A stretch of DNA of 38,506 nt from an uncultured Bacteroidales bacterium (GCA_964558075.1 CAZLCY010000003.1:1-38506); one strand, 5' to 3'; positions 1 to 10,209 are shown, counted from the first letter of the stretch. Translations and numbers: made by a program. The notes: generated by a model not told the origin, from the sequence alone.

Positions 1-399
1 TTTGTTTATATTTGTTACTCTGCCTTCTTTCCATGCCCATATTGTTGGTGAAATGTAGAAAAATGTTTTAATTCCAATGGATTTAGCAAAAGGGGCAATT
101 TTGAGATTAAAGCCCGGGAAGTCTATAAATATTAGTGCATCAGGTTTGTGTTTAGCTATATCTTGTTTGCAAAATGCAATATTCTTTAGTCTTGTACGAG
201 CATGTTTCAATACCTCTGCAATTCCCATATGGTCGTAATTTTTGTAGTGCTTTACTACAGATGTGTTTGCGGCATCACTCATTTTGTCGCCGCCCCACAA
301 TCGGAATTTTGCTTCCGGGTCATGCTGTATTATCTGTGAAATTAAACGTGCTCCGTGCATGTCGCCCGAAGCTTCTCCTGCTATCAGATAATAATACAT
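1..399 (-). CDS. lpxB: Lipid-A-disaccharide synthase, N-terminal 133 codons (the gene runs off the left edge)
   Basis: Absent from the ORF track because it has no stop in the window. My reverse-complement translation from the ATG at 399 reads MYYYLIAGEASGDMHGARLISQIIQHDPEAKFRLWGGDKMSDAANTSVVKHYKNYDHMGIAEVL... and stays open to position 1. IAGEASGD-HGA and WGGDxM are the LpxB N-terminal signature. It sits next to surE, as is common in Bacteroidota. Confidence 0.85.
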   Translation of the reverse strand, partial: MYYYLIAGEASGDMHGARLISQIIQHDPEAKFRLWGGDKMSDAANTSVVKHYKNYDHMGIAEVLKHARTRLKNIAFCKQDIAKHKPDALIFIDFPGFNLKIAPFAKSIGIKTFFYISPTIWAWKEGRVTNINK

Positions 400-402
400 G
401 AT

Positions 403-690
403 TTAAAAATTAATAATTACTATTGCAAAAATAAAGAAAAAAGTGGGAATAATGAGTCCTTTGAGACTGTTATCCCATTTTTTGTAATATAATCCACTGG
501 CAATGATAAAAGTTGGAATCATCGACCAAATATAAACATTTGTTGCAACACCGGAATATGCAAGTTTTGAAAGATATTCTTGTAATGAGAGCGTATCGGT
601 AAACCATACATAAATCCCTAAAAAAGAAAGTATAGGAAGAAGTACTCCAAGTGCTATGCCGGTCCAAATATTGTTAAGTAGGTGTGTCAT
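403..690 (-). CDS. Small hypothetical integral membrane protein (95 aa, about 3 TM segments)
   Basis: ATG-initiated ORF that fits exactly between surE (stop at 695) and lpxB (start at 399). It has hydrophobic stretches GIALGVLLPILSFLGIYVWF, IWSMIPTFIIASGLYY and IIPTFFFIFAIVIINF. I recognise no family. Confidence 0.55.
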   Translation of the reverse strand: MTHLLNNIWTGIALGVLLPILSFLGIYVWFTDTLSLQEYLSKLAYSGVATNVYIWSMIPTFIIASGLYYKKWDNSLKGLIIPTFFFIFAIVIINF

Positions 691-694
691 ATAA

Positions 695-1462
695 TTAGGT
701 ATTTAAAAATGATAACTTGGCTATTGATTCTGTATCTGTTTTTTCGATTTTGAGGGGGGTAACGGTAGCAAAACCTTCTTGTAATAACCATTCATCGGAG
801 TCATTGGCATCGGGTTCGAAATTTTTGAAATTACCGGTCAACCAAAAGTACTCTCTGTCGTGTGGGTCGGTTCGTCTTTCAAATCGTTCAATCCAGACAC
901 CTTCTGCCTGACGGCTTACTCGTGTGCCTTTTATGTTTTTTGTGAGAGGAAAATTAACATTGAGAAACACGTATTCAGGTATCCCCTGGGTTATTATTTT
1001 CTCCGAAATAGAATAAACGTACGGTGAATAATGTGTGAAATCGGCATTTTTTTTATGATTAACGCTGGAAAATGCTATTGAGGGAATATTATTAATACCT
1101 CCTTCTCGAGCAGCAGCAACGGTTCCCGAGTAAATAGCACAAATTGATGAATTTGAGCCATGATTTATGCCGGACACAATAAGATCCGGTTTCTCATTAA
1201 TATAGAATCTGTCTAATGCTATTTTAATGCAATCAACCGGAGTTCCGGTTAAACTGTATGTTTTAACTCCCGGATCATCTCTGTGTTGTTCAAGACTTAC
1301 CGGGTTTGAGAATGTTATGGCATGAGACATGCCCGATTGAGTTCGTTCGGGTGCAATGCATAAAACATCTCCTAATTTTTTCATTTCTTCAATGAGTACC
1401 TGTAATCCATGTGCATGAATCCCATCGTCGTTCGTAACAAAAATTTTTTTTCGGTTTTGCAT
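695..1462 (-). CDS. surE: 5'/3'-nucleotidase SurE
   Basis: 255 aa. N-terminal IFVTNDDGIHAHGLQVL is the SurE DD metal motif. GINHGSN and a full-length SurE-like layout are present. Confidence 0.9.
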   Translation of the reverse strand: MQNRKKIFVTNDDGIHAHGLQVLIEEMKKLGDVLCIAPERTQSGMSHAITFSNPVSLEQHRDDPGVKTYSLTGTPVDCIKIALDRFYINEKPDLIVSGINHGSNSSICAIYSGTVAAAREGGINNIPSIAFSSVNHKKNADFTHYSPYVYSISEKIITQGIPEYVFLNVNFPLTKNIKGTRVSRQAEGVWIERFERRTDPHDREYFWLTGNFKNFEPDANDSDEWLLQEGFATVTPLKIEKTDTESIAKLSFLNT

Positions 1463-1516
1463 AAGATTACTATAATTTTTTGTGTGCTAAAATACCGAAT
1501 TTCATTCAAAAAAATG

Positions 1517-1524
1517 TACTTTTG
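1517..1524 (+). promoter_or_regulatory. Candidate Bacteroidota -7 promoter box (TACTTTTG) for pheT
   Basis: Exact match to the TAnnTTTG consensus, 25 nt upstream of the pheT ATG. It overlaps the palindrome ttttgtg-a-cacaaaa at 1520-1534. Confidence 0.35.
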
Positions 1525-1549
1525 TGACACAAAATAAAAAACATTTTAA

Positions 1550-3979
1550 ATGAAAGTTTCTCTTAATTGGATAAATGAATATCTGTCGATACGTGAAGAT
1601 GTTGAATCTGTTTCGAAAATTCTTACAGATATCGGATTGGAAGTTGAAGGAGTTGAGTATTATGAATCAATAAAAGGTGGATTGCAGGGTGTAGTTGTTG
1701 GTAATGTGTTGTCCTGTGAAAAACATCCTGATGCTGATAAATTAAGTGTAGCAACGGTCGATGTCGGTGGTTCTGATATTTTACCTATTGTGTGTGGTGC
1801 ACCTAACGTTGCGGCAGGGCAGAAGGTGTTGGTTGCAACCGAAGGAACGAAATTGTATAATGGAGATGATGAATTTGTTATAAAAAAAGCGAAAATCCGA
1901 GGTCAGGTTTCGCAAGGAATGATTTGTGCAGAGGATGAATTGGGTTTGGGAGCAAGTCATGATGGTATAATTGTGTTGCCGGAGTCAACGAAAATTGGAA
2001 CGAAAGCTTCTAATATTTTTCCGGTTGAACGTGATGTGGTATTTGAAATCGGATTGACACCGAATAGAATAGATGCGGCTTCTCATATTGGAGTTGCTCG
2101 TGATTTGGCAGCTTTTTTTAGCCAAGAATCTGCGGTAAGCATAAAAAAACCGAATGTTTCAGCATTTAAAGAGGCGAAGCAGAGTGATAGTTTTGAGCTT
2201 ATTGTCGAACGTGAAGACCTATGCCCTCGTTACTGCGGGCTTATTATGTCTGATATTTCGATTCAGGATTCTCCTACATGGCTTCAAAATCGATTACAAG
2301 CTATAGGTCAAAAACCCATTAATAATGTGGTAGATATTACAAATTATGTTTTGCATGAAATGGGACAACCGCTTCATGCTTTTGATTTTGATACAATTAA
2401 AGGAAATAAAATAATTGTCGGAACATGTGCGGAAAAAACGAAATTTGTTACTCTCGACGAAGTCGAACGGGAATTGTCGACAGATGATTTAATGATACAA
2501 AATAGTGAAGAACCTATGTGTATTGCCGGTGTGTTTGGTGGAGCTCATCATGGGGTTACTCCGCAAACAACATCAATATTTTTAGAAAGTGCTTATTTCA
2601 ATCCGGTAGCAGTTCGAAAAACTGCAAAACGACATGCCTTAAATACCGATGCATCGTTTCGTTTTGAGCGGGGAATAGATCCTAACATCACTGTTTATGC
2701 TTTGAAACGTGCCGCTCTTCTTATTCAAGAATTGGCTGGCGGTGTTGTTGTGTCGCATGTTTTTGATTCAAATCCTTCTCCGGTGCCCGGACATAGAGTT
2801 GAGCTTTCTGTTTCTCGTGTTCAAGCTTTAATAGGGAAAAGCTTATCAAAAAAAGAGATGCTTTCGATATTGCAATCTTTAGAAATAACTCTCATTGTCG
2901 ATGAAGGAGATTTGCTTGTTGTTGAGGTGCCTCCATATAGAGTAGATGTGACGCGACAGGAAGATTTGGTTGAGGAAATATTGAGGATTTATGGCTATAA
3001 TAATATTGAAATACCTGCAAGGGTGAAATCTTCTCTGATATATTCTGATGAGAAAGATGAAGACCTATATAAGAATAAAGCAGCTGATATGTTTATTGCA
3101 CAAGGTTGGTTTGAGGTGATGAATAATTCTCTCACAAAATCGGTGTATTATGATGTTTTACCAACTTTCGATAAAGAACATCTTGTACATTTGGTTAATC
3201 CTCTTAGTGCAGATTTAGATGTGATGCGTTCGTCTTTGTTGTTCAATATGTTAGAGGTTGTTTCATATAATAAAAACAGGCAAAATCCAGATGTGCGTAT
3301 TTTTGAATTCGGACGAGAATACTCAAAAAATCCACACAAAGAACGTTTGAAGTCATACTCTGAAGAACAAAAACTTGTGTTGTGTGCGAGCGGTAATTAT
3401 ATGCCTCAGCACTGGAGTGGTGCAGCTCAGGAGGTTGATTATTTCTATATGAAAAAATCGGTTGAAATGATGTGTGCTAAACTTGGATTGCAAACTTTCG
3501 AATATGAAAATTATTCAGATGATTTTGGAATAGGTCAGCTTCTTTTGTGCAACAATAAGCAGGTCGCTACTATTACTCAAATAAATTCAAAGTTGTTGCG
3601 GTTTTTTGATATTGATAATCCTGTTTTCTGTGCCGATATAAATTGGGATGCTGTGATGAGTATTGTCGGGAAACCTGTTTTGTATACCGAAATTCCTCAG
3701 TTTCCTGAAGTACGAAGAGATTTGTCTTTGCTTTTGGATGATGATATTAGTTTTGCTCAAATCGAAGAAATTGCACAACAAACAGAAAAGAAAATATTAA
3801 AGTCTGTTTCAATTTTTGATATTTATCAGGGAAAAGGTATTCCTGAAGGTAAAAAATCATATGCGGTTTCGTTTGTATTACAACATTCGCAAAAAACACT
3901 TAAAGACTCTGATATTGATAAGGTTATGAAGAGGTTGATATCTGCGTATTCGGAGAAATTGCATGCTGAGTTACGCTAA
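1550..3979 (+). CDS. pheT: Phenylalanine--tRNA ligase beta subunit
   Basis: 809 aa. It starts MKVSLNWINEY and has a tRNA-binding domain (HPDADKL, VCGAPNV), B3/4 and B5 regions, and a C-terminal anticodon-binding-like domain (FDIYQGKGIPEGKKSYA). Confidence 0.95.
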   Translation: MKVSLNWINEYLSIREDVESVSKILTDIGLEVEGVEYYESIKGGLQGVVVGNVLSCEKHPDADKLSVATVDVGGSDILPIVCGAPNVAAGQKVLVATEGTKLYNGDDEFVIKKAKIRGQVSQGMICAEDELGLGASHDGIIVLPESTKIGTKASNIFPVERDVVFEIGLTPNRIDAASHIGVARDLAAFFSQESAVSIKKPNVSAFKEAKQSDSFELIVEREDLCPRYCGLIMSDISIQDSPTWLQNRLQAIGQKPINNVVDITNYVLHEMGQPLHAFDFDTIKGNKIIVGTCAEKTKFVTLDEVERELSTDDLMIQNSEEPMCIAGVFGGAHHGVTPQTTSIFLESAYFNPVAVRKTAKRHALNTDASFRFERGIDPNITVYALKRAALLIQELAGGVVVSHVFDSNPSPVPGHRVELSVSRVQALIGKSLSKKEMLSILQSLEITLIVDEGDLLVVEVPPYRVDVTRQEDLVEEILRIYGYNNIEIPARVKSSLIYSDEKDEDLYKNKAADMFIAQGWFEVMNNSLTKSVYYDVLPTFDKEHLVHLVNPLSADLDVMRSSLLFNMLEVVSYNKNRQNPDVRIFEFGREYSKNPHKERLKSYSEEQKLVLCASGNYMPQHWSGAAQEVDYFYMKKSVEMMCAKLGLQTFEYENYSDDFGIGQLLLCNNKQVATITQINSKLLRFFDIDNPVFCADINWDAVMSIVGKPVLYTEIPQFPEVRRDLSLLLDDDISFAQIEEIAQQTEKKILKSVSIFDIYQGKGIPEGKKSYAVSFVLQHSQKTLKDSDIDKVMKRLISAYSEKLHAELR

Positions 3980-4053
3980 TTTTTTATTTTAATACTGCTT
4001 GGTGTGTTTTTTTTTGTTAATTATTGTATATTTACATTTCGATTGAATTAACT

Positions 4054-7000
4054 ATGAGAAAGATATCACTATTATTAGTATTGTTTTTTGTTTCACTGCT
4101 CAGTGTTTCTCAAGACCACATGCAAAAACTTTTGTTTGAGAGTGTGACAATGGATGATGGGCTTTCTCAAGTGTGTGTTAATGCAATAATGCAGGATACT
4201 ACCGGTTTTTTGTGGTTTGGGACGCAAGACGGTTTAAACTATTATGACGGCTATACGTTTAAAGTTTTTAAGCCGAATTTATCAGATTCTACGTCAATTT
4301 CCAGTAACAATATTACTTCAATTTTTCAGGATTCATATGGAAAAATATGGATAGGAACTGTTGGTGGAGGACTCAATGTTTTTAATCCTTTATCGGAAAC
4401 GTTTTCTCATTATATGCATGACTCTACTGATGAACATTCATTGGGAAGCAATGATGTGTACACCATTTTTGAAGATTCGGATGGGGATTTATGGATTGGA
4501 ACGTACGGTGGCGGGTTAAATTTGTTTAATCGGGAAAAACAAAATTTCACTGTGTATAAACATGAAGAGGGAAATCCGTATTCGCTTGAGGCTAATAATG
4601 TGCGAGCTATTACGGAGGATGATTTCGGTTTTATTTGGGTAGGATTAAATTCTACAAATATTGATCATGTTGTGCATAAATTTGATAAAAAAACAGGACT
4701 TTTTTACCCGGTAACATCTACAAATAATGATGTTATGACTATGAAAAAAGATAAAAACGGTAATATTTGGGTTGGAACATATTATGGTGGTATTGATGTT
4801 ATTAATCCTCAAACAGAAAAATATCGCAGAATTACGTATAATGCTGTATCAGAGAATACTCTTTCGAGTAATATTGTAATGTCTCTTTGTGAAGATACTG
4901 TATACGATATAATGTATATCGGTACTCGAGCAGGAGGACTCAATTTATATGATATGAATGCACAAAAAGTTATTGGAGTTGAAACAATTCGGGATGATGA
5001 GTATTCAATTTCCGGTAATGATATTATTTCTTTGTTGAAGGATAAATCGGGTGTCATTTGGTTGGGAACTGAAACGGCCGGACTAAACAAGTATAATACT
5101 GAACGAAAAGAGTTTCAATTTATTTATCCGAGCCAATTACATGATTTACCAATATCATCGAATAATGTTTTTGCGATTTATGAAGACAATGAAAATGGCT
5201 TGTGGATAGGTACGCGAGGTGCCGGATTGACATATTATAATACAAAAACAGGAGTCTCAAAAACATTTCAAAGTCCTGCAGGTGATCCTGAAAGTTTTAA
5301 TAAAATTACTTCTTTGGTGTGGGATTCACGCGGTTTCTTTTGGATTGGTACTGATGGTAATGGTTTTTTTAAATTCAATCCCAAAACAGAGGAAAAAGAA
5401 CATTTTTCGTATAATGATATGGAGGTTAATTCCTTGTCAAATGATGCTGTTACTGATTTGTATTTAGATGGACGAAATCAATTATGGATTGGTACATGGG
5501 GCGGTGGTTTGAATAAATTTGTGTATGAAACCAAAACATTTACCCGATATCCGATAGATGAAAAGAATTTTATGCGTAATGTGGTGTGGTATATCTATGG
5601 CGATGCCGGTGGAAATATCTGGGTTGGAACAGGTGGACAAGGTTTAGCAAAATTAAACCCTATTACAGAAGAGTTTACGTACTATAAAAAAGACAGACAA
5701 ACTGTATCTTCATTAAGTAATGATGTGGTATACTCAATTTTGGAACTTCAAAATGGTTCGTTTTGGGTTGGTACCGGTGGTGCCGGTATTAATAAGTTTG
5801 ATAGGGTTAATAAATTTAAATCGTATACGAAAAAAAGCCATGGGCTTACGAATGATATGGTATTGGGTATGCTCGAAGATGATAATGGAAATATTTGGAT
5901 GAGTACCTATTTCGGTTTGTCGAAATTTAACCCTCTGACTGAAAAATTTACTAATTTCAGTGAATTAGACGGACTTCCCGGGAACTCTTTTAATGAACGA
6001 GCCTGTTTTAAAGGAAATGATGGAACTCTTTATTTTGGCGGGCAAGAGGGATTAACTTATTTTTATCCTAATGATATTATTTCCGATAAATACACAGCAC
6101 CTGTTGTAATTACTGATTTACAGATATTTAATAAATCTGTCGGTATTAATGAAAAAGTCCTCGGTAAAAAAGTGTTGTCTAAATCTATTGTGTATGAAGA
6201 TCATATAACCTTGTCGCATAAGCATAATTTTTCACTTGAGTTTTCAACTTTGCATTATGCTGCTCCTTCGAAAAATATGTATAAGTATAGATTGCTTGGT
6301 TTTGAGGATAAGTGGACATTAACTGATTCGAAACGACGGTTTGCAACTTATACCAATTTATCGGGTAAAGATTATGTTTTTGAGGTTGTTGCTTCAAATA
6401 ATGATGGGGAATGGAGTGATAAAGTTACCCGATTGAAAATTACGGTGATACCTCCTTTTTGGAGAACTACCTGGTTTTACTCTATTTTGCTTATTGTTAT
6501 TGCTCTTGGTATTGTTTTATATATTAAAATACGTGAGCGTCAATTGATTGCGGAAAAACGTAAGTTGGAACGTATGGTTGATGAACGTACGCAAGAAATA
6601 AATCAACAAAAAGAGGAATTGCAATTGCAATCTGAATTGTTGGTGAAAAATAATGATGAACTTTCTCGTACTAATCGCCTGATTCAGGATAGTATTAGTT
6701 ATGCAAAAAGAATTCAGGATGCTATGTTGCCAATTCAACAGACTATTCGTAAATTTTTGCCGGATTCTTTTGTTTTATTTAAACCGAAAGATATCGTTAG
6801 TGGCGATTTTTATTGGTTTGTTGAGCAAAATGGAGTATATTATGTTGCTATAGCTGATTGTACCGGGCATGGTGTACCGGGGGCTTTTATGTCTATGATT
6901 GGTACAACCTTGTTGAATGAGATTTCGAATGAAAAACCTAATCAAAAGCCATCTGTAATTATTGAAAAACTTAATAAAGGTGTTATTACTGCTTTAAATC

Positions 7001-7446
7001 AAAATAAAGATGGTAATCCTGATTCGCAAGATGATGGTATGGATATAACTATTTGTGCTATTAATCCTTCCGAACAATCTATACAAATTGCATGTGCAAA
7101 TCATGTGGTGTTTGTTATGCACAAAGATAAGGATTATGTAGATGCCATTGAAGGTGATATTTGTTCTGTTGGTGGGTTGTTTTCTGCGGAAGATAAAGGA
7201 TATACAAATCATGAGTTTCGATATAAGTCTGGAATGTGTGTGTATATGTTTTCTGACGGATATCAAGACCAGTTTGGTGGTGATCACAATAAAAAGTTTA
7301 TGGCTTCGCGGTTTAAAGATTTGTTGTTCGAACATAAAGATTTACCTATGAATGAACAAAAGGAAATTTTAGATAAAACCTTCGAAGATTGGAGAGGAAC
7401 TCAACGACAAATTGATGATGTTGTTATCTTTGGTGTTAAGTTATAA
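4054..7446 (+). CDS. Membrane sensor with a periplasmic two-component-regulator propeller/Y_Y_Y domain fused to a cytoplasmic SpoIIE/PP2C phosphatase
   Basis: Signal peptide MRKISLLLVLFFVSLLSVSQ. About 14 Reg_prop-type repeats are visible (WFGTQDGLNYYD, WIGTVGGGLNVFN, WIGTYGGGLNLFN ...), followed by a Y_Y_Y module (YKYRLLGFEDKWT...YVFEVVASNNDGEWS), a TM segment (WFYSILLIVIALGIVLYI), a coiled coil, and PP2C motifs (SGDFYWF, ADCTGHGVPGAFMS, DGMDITIC, FSDGYQDQFGG). I chose the ATG at 4054 rather than the track's TTG at 4024. Confidence 0.85.
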   Translation: MRKISLLLVLFFVSLLSVSQDHMQKLLFESVTMDDGLSQVCVNAIMQDTTGFLWFGTQDGLNYYDGYTFKVFKPNLSDSTSISSNNITSIFQDSYGKIWIGTVGGGLNVFNPLSETFSHYMHDSTDEHSLGSNDVYTIFEDSDGDLWIGTYGGGLNLFNREKQNFTVYKHEEGNPYSLEANNVRAITEDDFGFIWVGLNSTNIDHVVHKFDKKTGLFYPVTSTNNDVMTMKKDKNGNIWVGTYYGGIDVINPQTEKYRRITYNAVSENTLSSNIVMSLCEDTVYDIMYIGTRAGGLNLYDMNAQKVIGVETIRDDEYSISGNDIISLLKDKSGVIWLGTETAGLNKYNTERKEFQFIYPSQLHDLPISSNNVFAIYEDNENGLWIGTRGAGLTYYNTKTGVSKTFQSPAGDPESFNKITSLVWDSRGFFWIGTDGNGFFKFNPKTEEKEHFSYNDMEVNSLSNDAVTDLYLDGRNQLWIGTWGGGLNKFVYETKTFTRYPIDEKNFMRNVVWYIYGDAGGNIWVGTGGQGLAKLNPITEEFTYYKKDRQTVSSLSNDVVYSILELQNGSFWVGTGGAGINKFDRVNKFKSYTKKSHGLTNDMVLGMLEDDNGNIWMSTYFGLSKFNPLTEKFTNFSELDGLPGNSFNERACFKGNDGTLYFGGQEGLTYFYPNDIISDKYTAPVVITDLQIFNKSVGINEKVLGKKVLSKSIVYEDHITLSHKHNFSLEFSTLHYAAPSKNMYKYRLLGFEDKWTLTDSKRRFATYTNLSGKDYVFEVVASNNDGEWSDKVTRLKITVIPPFWRTTWFYSILLIVIALGIVLYIKIRERQLIAEKRKLERMVDERTQEINQQKEELQLQSELLVKNNDELSRTNRLIQDSISYAKRIQDAMLPIQQTIRKFLPDSFVLFKPKDIVSGDFYWFVEQNGVYYVAIADCTGHGVPGAFMSMIGTTLLNEISNEKPNQKPSVIIEKLNKGVITALNQNKDGNPDSQDDGMDITICAINPSEQSIQIACANHVVFVMHKDKDYVDAIEGDICSVGGLFSAEDKGYTNHEFRYKSGMCVYMFSDGYQDQFGGDHNKKFMASRFKDLLFEHKDLPMNEQKEILDKTFEDWRGTQRQIDDVVIFGVKL

Positions 7447-7464
7447 TTCGTTTATCTGTACACT

Positions 7465-10209
7465 ATGCGTTTTTTTTGTCTGTTTTTTTTTGGTTCGTTT
7501 TTCTCGTTTTTTTTGTTTGCTCAAGGACATATTTTTAATACTAATTATCCGCCTGTTTTTGGTTCAACCATTTCTTTTGATAAGCCCTCGCAAGACAGTA
7601 TACATGATTATATCGCTTCAACGCGTGCATATGTGTTTGCGTATCCGATAAAGGTGTCAATTCCATTTATAGATAATGCTCAGCATATTGAATATGATAG
7701 TTCATATATATATAATATGCGAATTTCAGTGGCACAAGCTCGTTCGTTAAATATTATTTTTTCCGATTTTTTTTTACCTGAGGGGGCTTCTCTCTCTGTT
7801 TTTTCTCAAGATTCATCAGATTTCTTCGGACCATATACTTCTGAGTCTAATAATCTGAGTAATGTGCTGGCTACACCAATTGTTAATGATAGCGTGTTGT
7901 ATGTTTCTTGCCATGTGCCGATTTCTCAGATTGATTCTTTACAATTACATATATCACAAATATCGTATGGCTTTCGTGATGTTTCGGGGCAATTAAAATC
8001 GGGAGAGGCAATTAAAGATGATGCCGGGTGGTGTAATGTAAATATTAATTGTACTGAAGGGGCAAGCTGGCAAAAAGAAAAGCGGTCTGTTACCCGTATG
8101 ATTATCGGTGGGACAAAAGTATGTACCGGAAGTTTGCTGAATAATACTTTGCAAGATGAATCCCCGTATGTGATAACGGCAAACCACTGTGTTTCTAAAG
8201 AATCTGAAGCAAATACAATCTTGTTTTATTTTGGGTATGAGTTTCCTCAATGTGATAACACGGGGGAAATTAATTCAAGTAAAGTATTGTCGGGTTCCTA
8301 TTTAAGAGCAACTCATCCTGATGATAAAATTGATTTTAGTTTAGTGGAAATGTATAACCCTCCACCGGATTCTTTTCAACCGTATTACCTTGGTTGGGAT
8401 GTTGCCGATGAAGCCTCGATAGGTTCTGTTGCTATTCATCATCCGCGAGGCGATGCAATGAAAATTAGTATTGATAATCAATATTCAAATACATCTTCTT
8501 TTTATACGTATAAACCAAACACTCACTGGCAAATTTTAAATTGGGAAATAGGTACAACAGAAGCCGGCTCTTCGGGCTGTCCGTTATTTACAAGTGATCA
8601 TAAAGTCTATGGTACTCTTTCGGGTGGTGAGGCTTCATGTGATGACCCTATTAATGATTATTTTTCTAAATTATCATCTGCTTTTTATAATGTTGGCGAT
8701 TCGAGTGTGCAGCTTCAATATTGGCTCGACCCTGCTAATTATGGAGCAGAAACGTGTCCCGGATTTGATCCGATTAATATTTTCCCCGGTAGTCTTTCTC
8801 ATATTTCTCCCTCTGATTCTGTTTTGGTATGGAATTTTGGCTCTCAAGCCAATGGTTTGTTTGGTGGGTCAAATGAAATAGGATGGGCTGCTGCAGCAGA
8901 AGAGTTTTTATATAATACTGAAAAATTTATTGTTTCAATTACTTATGCGATTGACATACTTCCTTGTGCCGATATTTCCAATATTGAATTGTGTGTGTGG
9001 ACCGGTGGTTTGCAGCCCGATTCCCTAGTGTATTCATCTCAATTGTCTGATGCAATGCTAATTGATTCTTCTTTTGTGTTTCTTGTGCCTGATGAACCAA
9101 TTGAGACAACCGGTAATTTTTGGGTTGGATATCGTTTTTTAGAAAATGATTCTTGTATGTCTTTTTTGTTGGCTCAGAATAGAACGGTAAGTTCACATTC
9201 TTTATTATTAGAATATGGTAATCCGTGGATGTATGCTTCCGATATTTCGGCGAATACTTCTCTTGCCCTGGAGGTTAATGTCACAAGTCAGCCTGACACA
9301 GTATCATATCCTTTGTTTTTTCAATATCCTCATTTCTCTGATAGAATTTCTCTTAAAAATGAAGAGTTTTATAGTGCAGAATTATTTGGAATAGATTCGG
9401 TGAAAGGAATTTACGATACGACTAATTTTGTTCATGTTTCTACCAAAGAGAATGTTTCTGATTGGGGAAAGGCGGATTTTTTACAAGCTTCGTGTATATC
9501 CAATGAATATAGTATTAAACGAACTGCATATATTAGAGGACTTAAATTTGCTATAAAAAATAATGGTAGCTCTCATTCCTATTTTCGGTATGCGGTTTGG
9601 GATTCCGAAAATACTCTTATAGCATATGATTCTATTCTCTGTTCTCGTTTGACCGAAGATTATTTTAATCAAGTTCATTTTTCAACTCCGGTGTTTGTTC
9701 AGGATACTTTTTATGCCGGAATGTGTTATGATAATTCTGATACATCGTCTGTTTCATTATATCAATATTATGACAATGATTTTTTTGTTGACGCATATTA
9801 TTCCTCTGATTCAATATGGCTTTCATATTCTGATTTTGACATGCCCTATAATTTTGGTATTCAGCCCGTAACATGTTTTTCGCAATATCATTTTAATTCT
9901 GATAAAGATTCGGTGTTGAAATATGAGTTATCTACGTATGCTAATAATGAATTCCCTTCTAAAAATGATTGGATTATTTTTCCTTCATTTTGTAAAGATA
10001 AATGTTACATACAATGGAAACGTGCTTTTTATGAATCAGCAGAAGTTATGTTGTATAATAATATGGGTATTTGTGTACGACAACAAAATATTTTCTTTCA
10101 GAACGGTTCATATTCTTTAGATGTAAGTGAATTGCCACCCGGTGTTTATATAGTTCAAATTCGGGTAGATAATGGATTATCGAGACAGAAGATTATTGTG
10201 TATCAATAA
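7465..10209 (+). CDS. Secreted trypsin-like (S1, lysyl-endopeptidase-like) serine protease with a long uncharacterised region and a T9SS type-A C-terminal sorting domain
   Basis: Signal peptide MRFFCLFFFGSFFSFFLFAQG. Candidate catalytic triad contexts are ITANHCV (His), IDFSLVEM (Asp) and TEAGSSGCPLF (Ser). The C-terminal ...LPPGVYIVQIRVDNGLSRQKIIVYQ is typical of T9SS CTDs. The start lies 18 nt after the stop of the sensor phosphatase. Confidence 0.75.
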   Translation: MRFFCLFFFGSFFSFFLFAQGHIFNTNYPPVFGSTISFDKPSQDSIHDYIASTRAYVFAYPIKVSIPFIDNAQHIEYDSSYIYNMRISVAQARSLNIIFSDFFLPEGASLSVFSQDSSDFFGPYTSESNNLSNVLATPIVNDSVLYVSCHVPISQIDSLQLHISQISYGFRDVSGQLKSGEAIKDDAGWCNVNINCTEGASWQKEKRSVTRMIIGGTKVCTGSLLNNTLQDESPYVITANHCVSKESEANTILFYFGYEFPQCDNTGEINSSKVLSGSYLRATHPDDKIDFSLVEMYNPPPDSFQPYYLGWDVADEASIGSVAIHHPRGDAMKISIDNQYSNTSSFYTYKPNTHWQILNWEIGTTEAGSSGCPLFTSDHKVYGTLSGGEASCDDPINDYFSKLSSAFYNVGDSSVQLQYWLDPANYGAETCPGFDPINIFPGSLSHISPSDSVLVWNFGSQANGLFGGSNEIGWAAAAEEFLYNTEKFIVSITYAIDILPCADISNIELCVWTGGLQPDSLVYSSQLSDAMLIDSSFVFLVPDEPIETTGNFWVGYRFLENDSCMSFLLAQNRTVSSHSLLLEYGNPWMYASDISANTSLALEVNVTSQPDTVSYPLFFQYPHFSDRISLKNEEFYSAELFGIDSVKGIYDTTNFVHVSTKENVSDWGKADFLQASCISNEYSIKRTAYIRGLKFAIKNNGSSHSYFRYAVWDSENTLIAYDSILCSRLTEDYFNQVHFSTPVFVQDTFYAGMCYDNSDTSSVSLYQYYDNDFFVDAYYSSDSIWLSYSDFDMPYNFGIQPVTCFSQYHFNSDKDSVLKYELSTYANNEFPSKNDWIIFPSFCKDKCYIQWKRAFYESAEVMLYNNMGICVRQQNIFFQNGSYSLDVSELPPGVYIVQIRVDNGLSRQKIIVYQ

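Noticed and set aside
174-401. 75-aa plus-strand ORF at the left edge
   Set aside because: It lies entirely antisense to a much better reading frame, the LpxB N-terminus, whose family motifs are clear. Its sequence is Cys/Leu/Arg-rich with no recognisable features.
4024-4053. Alternative-start (TTG) extensions reported by the ORF track, here and at 34476, 35184, 24472 and 18167
   Set aside because: In each case an in-frame ATG slightly downstream begins exactly at a signal peptide or at the conserved family N-terminus. The extra residues look non-native.
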